Program-made: the position numbers and the translations under genes
Shown: piece by piece, positions 1 through 10,130 of the stretch
How the letters are laid out: every line of letters starts with the position of its first letter
Numbering within the stretch: position 1 is the stretch's first letter
The notes under the pieces: generated by a model
Told to the model about the DNA's origin: nothing
The model's input: the letters and a program-made list of their open reading frames with translations, nothing else
Databases searched by the model: none
NCBI GenBank assembly: GCA_002269645.1
Contig: NIVC01001005.1
Location: 1 to 32,111, forward strand
Length of the DNA stretch: 32,111 nucleotides
Direction: 5' to 3'
From: Macrostomum lignano
Taxonomy: Eukaryota

Positions 1-2
1 CG

Positions 3-397
3 ACTGGCTGCCACCGGGAGATCGGCGGGACGGCAGGCGCGAGCCCGGCGGGCGGCTTCACCGACTGGTTCGGCCTCGGCGCGCTGGCCGCCAGCCTCCT
101 CGCCGCCGACCACTCGAAGGACGTCGAGTCGCCGGATTTCCGACATTTCGTGTCCCGACTGCGGTGCCCACAGCCCGGCCACCGGCTAGGCAGTCAGGGC
201 GGCGTGGCCGAGGTGCTGAGCCACGGCTTTGTGACCGGCCGGGCCGCCCGCTGCTGGAGATCCCGCTGCTGCCCGCGGCCGAGGCGGACGGCGGCGGAGT
301 GGCCGGCCTGCGGGACCTGCTGAGGCGGCAGCGGCTGCGGCCGCCCGACCGGCTGCTGCGGCTGGTGCCCGAGCTGGCAACTGCGGGAGCTGAGTGA
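3..397 (+). CDS. 3' part of a divergent AGC-group/RPS6KC1-like protein (pseudo)kinase; 5'-partial, with an apparent frameshift near 231-250
   Basis: Frame +3 from base 3 reads TGCHREIGG...FTDWFGLGALAASLL...DFRHFVSRLRCPQPGHRLGSQGGVAEVLSHGFVTG. This matches kinase subdomains VIII-XI (APE, DWWSLG, RLG, HPFF). GC3-rich protein-like sequence then continues in frame +2 (RPLLEIPLLP...ELATAGAE, TGA 395-397), while frame +3 stops at 321-323. Confidence 0.55.
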   Translation, partial: WLPPGDRRDGRREPGGRLHRLVRPRRAGRQPPRRRPLEGRRVAGFPTFRVPTAVPTARPPARQSGRRGRGAEPRLCDRPGRPLLEIPLLPAAEADGGGVAGLRDLLRRQRLRPPDRLLRLVPELATAGAE

Positions 398-889
398 CTG
401 AGCCTTAGGTTGCTGAGTGACTGAGCCTTAGGTTGCTGAGTGCCTGAGCCTTAGGTTGCTGAGTGACTGAGCCTTAGGTTGCTGAGTGACTGAGCCTTAG
501 GTTGCTGAGTGACTGAGCCTTAGGTTGCTGAGTGACTGAGCCTTAGGTTGCTGAGTGACTGAGCCTTAGGTTGCTGAGTGACTGAGCCTTAGGTTGCTGA
601 GTGACTGAGCCTTAGGTTGCTGAGTGACTGAGCCTTAGGTTGCTGAGTGACTGAGCCTTAGGTTGCTGAGTGACTGAGCCTTAGGTTGCTGAGTGACTGA
701 GCCTTAGGTTGCTGAGTGACTGAGCCTTAGGTTGCTGAGTGACTGAGCCTTAGGTTGCTGAGTGACTGAGCCTTAGGTTGCTGAGTGACTGAGCCTTAGG
801 TTGCTGAGTGACTGAGCCTTAGGTTGCTGAGTGACTGAGCCTTAGGTTGCTGAGTGACTGAGCCTTAGGTTGCTGAGTGACTGAGCCTT
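389..889. repeat. 23-bp minisatellite (GCTGAGTGACTGAGCCTTAGGTT)n, ~22 copies
   Basis: Period 23 read directly (AGCCTTAGG at 401, 424, ...); degenerate GAGTGACT tail to ~945. Confidence 0.97.
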
Positions 890-1391
890 GAGTCCTGAGG
901 GACTGAGTGACTGAATGATTGATGCTGAGTGACTGAGTGACTGAGCTGGAGCATCATATTTTCAACTGGCTTATTTTAAGCAGCAAGCCTTCATGTACAC
1001 AGCCACAGGTCATCTGTATATTCAGTGTAAATCCTGCTTGTATTCAATGAACTTTCAGATGCTTTCTTGGAAACAAATAATTTTGTATTGCTGCTTCAAG
1101 AATATCTGCTGAAGAACCAATAAATTCAAATATGATTTACTTTGCCTCGGAGGCTACTAAATCCGCGGTTTTACTTTGGGTAAACATTTTTAAGCGACAT
1201 TTCGCTAAACAGGAAACTCAGAAGTGATGAAGTTCACTGGCTGGGCGCATCAGTCAAATCGGGCACTCGATCCTGACAAAGCTGGGCGGGACGGCACGAA
1301 ATTTTGGGCTTTGCCGCTAATCTTTTAAAAATTAATTGCCTCTGTTCACAGCTGCCTTCTGTTGGCCTTCTTTGTGCCTCCGTTTGAAGGA

Positions 1392-2486
1392 CACCCTGTC
1401 TCACCCTGTCTCACCCTGTCTCACCCTGTCTCACCCTGTCTCACCCTGTCTCACCCTGTCTCACCCTGTCTCACCCTGTCTCACCCTGTCTAACTCTGTC
1501 TCACCCTGTCTCACCCTGTCTCACCCTGTCTCACCCTGTCTCACCCTGTCTCACCCTGTCTCACCCTGTCTCACCCTGTCTCACCCTGTCTCACCCTGTC
1601 TCACCCTGTCTCACCCTGTCTCACCCTGTCTCACCCTGTCTCACCCTGTCTCACCCTGTCTCACCCTGTCTCACCCTGTCTCACCCTGTCTCACCCTGTC
1701 TCACCCTGTCTCACCCTGTCTCACCCTGTCTCACTCTGTCTCACCCTGTCTCACCCTGTCTCACCCTGTCTCACCCTGTCTCACCCTGTCTCACCCTGTC
1801 TCACCCTGTCTCACCCTGTCTCACCCTGTCTCACCCTGTCTCACTCTGTCTCACTCTGTCTCACTTTGTCTCACTCTGTCTCACTCTGTCTCACTCTGTC
1901 TCACTCTGTCTCACTCTGTCTCACTCTGTCTCACTCTGTCTCACTCTGTCTCACTCTGTCTCACTCTGTCTCACTCTGTCTCACTCTGTCTCACTCTGTC
2001 TCACTCTGTCTCACTCTGTCTCACTCTGTCTCACTCTGTCTCACTCTGTCTCACTCTGTCTCACTCTGTCTCACTCTGTCTCACTCTGTCTCACTCTGTC
2101 TCACTCTGTCTCACTCTGTCTCACTCTGTCTCACTCTGGTTCACTCTGTCTCACCCTGTCTCACTCTGTCTCACTCTGTCTCACTCTGTCTCACTCTGTC
2201 TCACTCTGTCTCACCCTGTCTCACTCTGTCTCACTCTGTCTCACTCTGTCTCACTCTGTCTCACTTTGTCTCACTCTGTCTCACCCTGTCTCACTCTGTC
2301 TCACTCTGTCTCACTCTGTCTCACTCTGTCTCACTCTGGTTCACTCTGTCTCACCCTGTCTCACCCTGTCTCACTCTGTCTCACTCTGTCTCACTCTGTC
2401 TCACTCTGTCTCACTCTGTCTCACTCTGTCTCACTTTGTCTCACTCTGTCTCACCCTGTCTCACTCTGTCTCACTCTGTCTCACTC
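1392..2486. repeat. 10-bp minisatellite (TCACCCTGTC/TCACTCTGTC)n, ~109 copies
   Basis: Near-perfect period 10; CCC variant in the 5' part, CTC variant in the 3' part. Confidence 0.98.
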
Positions 2487-3040
2487 GTTCTCCCTCTACC
2501 GATTCCACCATCTGTCCCACCTCTCCAGTGACGAGTTATCAGTCAGTTTCAATCTGTATTTTGTTATTCTAATCTCTGCAGCCGCGTGACGCCCTCAGTG
2601 CAGACCAGTTCACCCGCCGCCACTTCGGTCACCCCAAGCTGCCCGGGCATTGTCCAAACATTTCCTATCAGTTTTCATCTCATCTGCTGCCGCCGCTTAT
2701 TCACCAGGCCGGAGCTGTCAAACCTCGCTTCGGAGTGACTGACAGAGCCAACCGCTGGCGGAGGCGGCCCACGCAGCGCGGCTGCCACCCGCAGCGCCAG
2801 TTAGCCGCTCTTCTTCTTCTAGAAGCGCAGAAATACAGCACAGCTGCGCAGCAAGGCACTTGGCGGAAGAACAACTGCGCAGAATTTGCAGGCGGTTTTG
2901 CCAGCAACTGCGAGCCGATGCTTTTGGGATTTGGGATCCTCTTGCATTTAATTTATATTTCATATTTTCATTTATGATTGTGGTTGATTCAAATAATTTT
3001 AAATTCTTGTGAAATCAACTCGAGATAGAGATGTGGAGAG

Positions 3041-3472
3041 CTGTATGGGGATCAGAGTTGGGATCTGTATGGGGATCAGAGTTGGTATCTGTATGGGAAT
3101 CAGAGTTGGGATCTGTATGGGGATCAGAGTTGGGATCTGTATGGAGATTAGAGTTGGGATCTGTATGGGGATCAGAGTTGGGATCTGTATGGGGATCAGA
3201 GTTGGGATCTGTATGGAGATCAGAGTTGGGATCTGTATGGGGATCAGAGTTGGGATCTGTATGGGGATCAGAGTTGGGATCTGTATGGGGATCAGAGTTG
3301 GGATCTGTATGGGGATCAGAGTTGGGATCTGTATGGGGATCAGAGTTGGGATCTGTATGGGGATCAGAGTTGGGATCTGTATGGGGATCAGAGTTGGGAT
3401 CTGTATGGGGATCAGAGTTGGGATCTGTATGGGGATCAGAGTTGGGATCTGTATGGGGATCAGATTTGGGAT
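3041..3472. repeat. 24-bp minisatellite (CTGTATGGGGATCAGAGTTGGGAT)n, ~18 copies
   Basis: Period 24; produces the MGIRVGIC/SVWGSELG/IPIQIPTL pseudo-ORFs. Confidence 0.97.
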
Positions 3473-4067
3473 CGCTACAGTGGCTGCATAATTATTTGAA
3501 GATTTTTGCAACAAAAATTGTCACAGAAATTCAAGTCAAAATGAAATCCCCTCTGATTGACAGCCCAAGTTGCCATTCATTCCCAATAAACCGTCACGCG
3601 TCCCTGGATGACCCCGGGCACAGCGGCAGGACTCATCGGACCCCCCAGCTCGGAAGGAAGCTGGAAATGCTAAAATCCCATTTAGGGGAAAAAGATTCTC
3701 ACGAATCGGCGAACTCTCCAATGCTGATGAGGCGGCGGCTTGCGTGAGCCCTCGGATCTCAGAGCAGCTCATCGTGAGCTCTTTATGATATTTGGGCACC
3801 GACTGACTCGCGCTCTGAGAGCAGGGGGGCTCAGGAGGAAGGAAGTAACGGGAGGTAGAATGGGGAAAATTCGCCATATCCATATTTCTCGTCTCCATTT
3901 TTCAGCTCCCATACAGTTTCAGCCTTGGCCGCACGCGACTGACTCAGCGAGTGGGGATGCCGTCCGGCTGGGGATGTGGCGGGGCGACCATGCGGGCAAA
4001 CAAAAGAGACCTGCGCAGTCGCTGGGCACGGCGCCAAGGAGGCTCGGGACAAATGCCTGGAATAGCA

Positions 4068-4478
4068 ACTGCTGGAACTGCAGGCTGGGACTGCAGGCTG
4101 GGACTGCAGGCAGGCTGGAACTGCAGGCTGGAACTGCAGGCTGGAACTGCAGGCTGGGACTGCAGGCTGGGACTGCAGGCAGGCTGGAACTGCAGGCTGG
4201 AACTGCAGGCAGGCTGGAACTGCAGGCAGGCTGGAACTGCAGGCTGGAACTGCAGGCTGGAACTGCAGGCAGGGACTGCAGGCAGGCTGGAACTGCAGGC
4301 AGGCTGGAACTGCAGGCTGGAACTGCAGGCTGGGACTGCAGGCTGGAACTGCAGGCAGGCTGGAACTGCAGGCTGGAACTGCAGGCAGGCTGGAACTGCA
4401 GGCTGGAACTGCAGGCTGGAACTGCAGGCTGGAACTGCAGGCTGGGACTGCAGGCTGGAACTGCAGGCAGGCTGGAAC
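4068..4478. repeat. 13/17-bp compound minisatellite (CTGCAGGCTGGAA, with extra CAGG variants)
   Basis: Interspersed 13-bp and 17-bp units, with GGAA/GGGA variants. Confidence 0.95.
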
Positions 4479-5127
4479 TTGAATCAGAGCGAAGAAAAGA
4501 TATATTCTACATCAAACTGAAAAAAAGCTTAAAAACTTGTGCCAACCCAGCCTACAGCTCAGACTGCAAGTACTTTTTCTCAATTACTGAGAACTCATCC
4601 TCGGTTTAAAATGAGACCAAATTTATAAGCATCGTTTTAAACTGGAGTTGGCACTCCAGATTCTGCTTCTGGGCCTCCTTAGCGCAGAGCCGGGAAAAGC
4701 CTTCAGCTGAGCTGCCTGGCTAGGGAGATGGGAAGAGCAGCGAGGACAACAGGGGAGGGGGACTCAGCACTGCCCCCAGGGCAACTCAGCATGGTAGGAA
4801 AGCGACATGGAGAGAGAGAGCTGCGGGGCGCAGGTGGGTGGAGCAGCGGCTCCCATTAGCGGCTTCCGCGCCGGTCCCCAGCATCCTCCAGCATCATTTT
4901 AATTCCCTTTTCAGAGGAGCTGGCAGACACTGCGTACCGGGCTTGCAGGCGGAGGCTGTGCGATGAGGCAGCGGTGCGCCATTGTTGTGGTTGTTGCCAT
5001 CCGGGACAGGCTTGCTTGTGTTCCCTTGGATTCTAAAATTATAAATTCAAAATACCTTTCTCTCAGAAAACCCAAGTTCCAAATTCCAGGTCCTGAATCT
5101 CATTATTCCAGTACGAGAGTCCAGATC

Positions 5128-5410
5128 TCAACTCCCAAATCCCAACTCCCAAATCCCAACTCCCAAATCCCAACTCCCAACTCCCAACTCCCAACTCCCA
5201 AATCCCAACTCCCAACTCCCAACTCCCAACTCCCAAATCCCAACTCCCAAATCCCAACCCCAAATCCCAACTTCCAAATCCCAACTCCAAATCTTAACTC
5301 CCAACTCCCAACTCCCAAATCCCAACTTCCAAATCCCAACTCCAACTCCCAACTCCCAACTCCCAACTCCCAACTCCCAACTCCCAACTCCCAACTCCCA
5401 AATCCCAACT
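5128..5410. repeat. 7-bp repeat (ACTCCCA/AATCCCA)n
   Basis: Period 7; C-rich on +, GGG runs on -. Confidence 0.95.
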
Positions 5411-6473
5411 CTCAAATCTCCTAAGTTCTCAATAACCTCTGAACTTAAGTGACTTCCCCAGCCATAAACTGAGCAGTGACTCACTCCCACAAGCGGCACT
5501 GAGAGCCCCGGGATTTCGGAATCGAATCGCAGATATTCGGAGGCCCCGGGAGACGGGCGGCTGCAAGTCAATCGCTTCGCCAAATTGGCGACCCGCGCAG
5601 ATCTGCAGCGATCTGCGGTTATGCAACTGCTCCGGAGGCACAGACAGACAGCGGCTGGAAATCACGACCCGCGGACTAAAAAAAGCTTTCGAACTCGAGG
5701 GGCTCCGCATCGACAGCGGGTCCGGGATGAGTCAGCCAGATGGATTGCCTCCGCGATCGCACTTGGCAGATGTGATGCAACTTCTAACACTCCGCCGTCT
5801 CCGAGGCATCCCAGGCTGAGCGATCCGGGGATCGAGCCCCCGCGACTCGCGAGATCCCCACTTGGGATTCGAGACGAGAGCAGCTGAATGGGGATTTCTC
5901 CCAGGCGCAATCATTTCTGGGGAGCCAGGGAGGGAATGAGAGGATCAGCGGGGCTGCCAGCCAGAGTGTCCAACTTGAATGGGGATTTCATAAATCGCTG
6001 TCTGGTGTGGGATTTGGGACACAAGAGGGGAGGGCGAGGGGAAAATTGTAAACGAAGGGCGGGCCGACTTCCCCAGCAGCAGCAGCAGCAGCGGGAATCC
6101 GCCGGAGACCCGAGTTTGCCGCTGCCGTCATTAATCAAAGGGGAGACCCGCCTGCGATAGAGGCTGCAGGGAGGGGGCAGAGGGGGAAGCGGGATTGCGG
6201 GAGGCGGGCGGCGGACTAAAAAGCAATCAAAGTCAGGAGAAACTCAAGACATTCTGCAGCAGCGGCAAGAATGAAAGTCGGCTTTTGCGGGAGTTGCCTC
6301 TGCCTCGCCATCCGGTGCTGCATGGCAACAAGAATTGAGCAAAGACCGAATTTCAGCCGCAGCCTGAGAATGGGATTCTGGATGGGGGGAGCTGCGACTT
6401 GATGAGGCTGGACACCGTGTTTCTGTCTTCTGGCGGGTCTGATTGGGAATTGTCCGAATTTCTGCAATTAGCG

Positions 6474-6758
<285 letters not shown>

Positions 6759-7763
6759 GTGAGTCCGAGCCCTGCCCAATTGAAAAAAGCAGAAATTTGC
6801 AGAAATTGTGCAGAAGCAGCCGCCTGGAGACAATGCAGCTCCCTACTGAATGATTCAGGAGCAGTCGCCCGACGCTTTCAAAACAACCCAGGTGCCGAAA
6901 AAAGGTGAAGCAGCCGCAGCCCTAGAAGTGGAAGAGAAGCCTCCCTCCCCCATCGGGGGGTCTTCATGTTCTTCAGACGCGGCAAACCCGGAAAAAGTGA
7001 TGACAGAAAAGCAGAGAGAAGCAAGAGACTGTCGGGGCGGAGGCGGAACCATCAAAGCGGCGGCGTGAGGCGGTGTCGGGTGACGCCAGCGGGAACTCAG
7101 GCTGCCCAGGGGAGGCTGGCGGGTCATTAGCGCTGGGGATCCACGGGAGGCGCTTCATTTTGGGGTGCGGACGGGAACTTTAGTGGGGATTCTTCCCAGT
7201 TGGGATACTTCTGAAGAGGGAAGAGCAGCGGAGCAGTCGGGCGAGAGTTGCGCAACTTCCTGCCGCATCTCTTTAAGCCGGAGTTGCTGCCCCTCATGGG
7301 GGATGTGGGAGTTTATCCCCTCCCCAGGGCCGGTGTCAGGTTTCCGTGTGATGGCTGCGAACAGCTTGTTTTCGCGCGGAGCAGCACAGTGTCGGGTGAC
7401 CAGCCCAGTGGGGACAGCAGAGTCAACACGCCGCTAATTGCCGCCCCCTTTCCCAGTTCAGAAATCAGGCCATTGCCTGCAAGAGCTTCAGTCGCGCCCA
7501 TTTCGCTGACCGTTGAGCACGGCGCACGGCAACCCTGACTTTCTCAGCCCAGTTTCTAGTTCTCAAGCCTCAAATGAATTTGTCTCAGAGTCAGACTCGT
7601 TACCGCTAAACTACCCACGAAAATTGCTGTGTAGTTTTTACCGAGGCGAAAGTATCTTTTCGATACATATCGTTAATGCCGATTCTTGAATGAGTTTTCA
7701 TTTAGAATAAATCCCACGATTAGCGAAAAAATTCCATTCCTGAATCTCACATCAGTGCGAGCC

Positions 7764-7950
7764 GGTCCTGTTCCCCCCGGTCCTGTTCCCCCCGGTCCTG
7801 TTCCCCCCGGTCCTGTTCCCCCCGGTTCTGTTCCCCCCGGTCCTGTTCCCCCGGTCCTGTTCCCCCCGGTCCTGTTCCCCCCGGTTCTGTTCCCCCGGTC
7901 CTGTTCCCCCCGGTCCTGTTCCCCCCGGTCCTGTTCCCCCCGGTCCTGTT
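7764..7950. repeat. 14/15-bp minisatellite (GGTCCTGTTCCCCCC)n, ~12 copies
   Basis: Units differ in C-run length (5 or 6). Confidence 0.95.
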
Positions 7951-8350
7951 TCCACTCGCGCGCTTTCAGCAGCTCCCACTCCCCTCGTCCCGGGGACTCC
8001 GCTGCGACCTGCCTGTCGAAGCCTCTGCCCTCCCCAACCCTCCCGCCAGGACTCAGTCGTGCATTATTTTTCCCCCTCGCGTTTTCCTCGAACGCCTTTC
8101 GATGAATTCTCGTCATTTTTTTCTCTTCCCACTTTATTGGTCTCATTTTCTTCTAGATCCCTAATGGGGAGGAGCTCAGATCCCCAGACTCTCTTCCCCA
8201 TCTCCCCTCGCTCCGGCTCGCAGAGTCAGCAGGTGGCGAGCGAGGTCGCCTCAGGTGAGAGGAGGCTGGCGGGCCGGATGAAGCAGCTTGCCCGCCGTGC
8301 TCACACCTGTTCGCGATTTAGTCGGTGCTGGGAATAACCGGATAGTGTCA

Positions 8351-9000
8351 GTTCATGAGTGAGTTCATGAGTGAGTTCATGAGTGAGTTCATGAGTGAGA
8401 TCATGAGTGAGTTCATGAGTGAGTTCATGAGTGAGTTCATGAGTGAGTTCACGAGTGAGTTCATGAGTGAGTTCATGAGTGAGTTCATGAGTGAGATCAT
8501 GAGTGAGTTCATGAGTGAGTTCATGAGTGAGTTCATGAGTGAGTTCATGAGTGAGTTCATGAGTGAGTTCATGAGTGAGTTCATGAGTGAGTTCATGAGT
8601 GAGTTCATGAGTGAGATCATGAGTGAGTTCATGAGTGAGTTCATGAGTGAGTTCATGAGTGAGTTCATGAGTGAGTTCATGAGTGAGTTCATGAGTGAGT
8701 TCATGAGTGAGTTCATGAGTGAGTTCATGAGTGAGTTCATGAGTGAGTTCACGAGTGAGTTCATGAGTGAGTTCATGAGTGAGTTCATGAGTGAGTTCAT
8801 GAGTGAGTTCATGAGTGAGTTCATGAGTGAGTTCATGAGTGAGTTCATGAGTGAGTTCATGAGTGAGTTCATGAGTGAGTTCATGAGTGAGATCATGAGT
8901 GAGTTCATGAGTGAGTTCATGAGTGAGTTCATGAGTGAGTTCATGAGTGAGTTCATGAGTGAGTTCATGAGTGAGTTCATGAGTGAGATCATGAGTGAGT
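8351..9000. repeat. 12-bp minisatellite (GAGTTCATGAGT)n, ~54 copies
   Basis: Period 12; rare GAGATC and TTCACG variants; source of the MSEF/HELT/NSLM ORFs. Confidence 0.99.
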
Positions 9001-10130
9001 GACACTCGTCTCAGTTCAGCAGCTCCGGGCAGCCAGGTGAATCATTCCATCCCCCAACCCGCCCCAGCTGTCAGCGCCCCTGCCAACTTCCAAAAGAAGC
9101 TGGGATGGCCATGCCGTGTGAGCACTCACTCAGCAGCAGAAGCAGAGAGTTCAGAATTTTGTGGCTGTGCCACCGAGCAGGCTGAGGGGCTCGGGCCACT
9201 TAGGATCGACTCGCGTACTCGCCCTGCTCTGCCCGCCTAATTGATGAAGAGAGGGATAGGCTGGAGAGCAGGCGGAAAGGAACCAGTGAGCGAAGATGCT
9301 GAAGTTGAAGTTTAAAAGATGCTGAGTCCTCCCTACTCAAGCTTATCGATCTGATGAAGAAGAAATGTTTAAGAGTCTGCAGCCAGTCCGCTTTTGTTTA
9401 ACCGCGTGTCCCAATTAGCCGAAATGCCCCATCGGGTCTGGGCTGAAATCGCGGAGCATTTCGCGGGAAGTCACGATCGAAGCGGGGCGAAGCAAAGAAA
9501 CGAATATTGCTGTCCATCTCTCACAGACTCAATTGAGGATTTCGTGTCGCTCATTTTTCCCAAGGGAGCATCTTTTATTCATGCAGCTCTCCAGCTCCTC
9601 GATGAAGCTGATTTCCCAGTCTCCATGCGGGACATCGCATCTCAATTCCCATGAGGTTTCCCTCAGGCTGGGAATTGCAATGCAGGGATTTTGCCCGCCA
9701 GACTCTCAGCTGAAGCAGACAATCCATGCAGAAAGAAAGCGGAATTTCGGGGGGGGGCTCTAGCCGGAGGGATGCTGGCTCAGGTGTAAAAAAATTACAC
9801 TAGCTGCTGATGAAGCATGGGATTCTGGGGGAGACAGGTGGGCGCGCCTAGACCCAGATGAGTAGGTTGGGCTGGGCGAGACACTGCAGCGGACCGGGGA
9901 CTGGCTGCCTGCTCTGGCGAATCAGGTGGCGGCCAGAGGGGATGCTAAAATGGGGGATCATTTTAGCAGAGGAAGGAACAGGGCAGAGGAGGAACAGAAG
10001 AACTGCAGGAGAGACGGAAAGACCTCATCGCTGAGGATTTTGCTTGCAGCAGCCGCCTACGCGCATTTTCCCATCGCTGTTGCTCTTCGGACTGTCAGGG
10101 GAAATTTATCCCAACCATAGCGCACCCACC

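Noticed and set aside
2582-2977. Possible further exon after CTCTGCAG (PRDALSADQFTRRHFGHPKLPG...)
   Set aside because: GC3 bias is limited to the first ~25 codons, there is no recognisable homology and no secure upstream donor; needs RNA-seq.
5128-5410. Interstitial telomeric repeat (also TTAGG within the 23-mer)
   Set aside because: The unit is 7 bp (TTGGGAG/TTGGGAT), not TTAGGG; no canonical telomeric run.
8344-9006. 7-bp inverted repeat AGTGTCA/TGACACT flanking the 12-mer array
   Set aside because: Too short, partly overlaps array-like sequence, and has no TSD; chance is likely.
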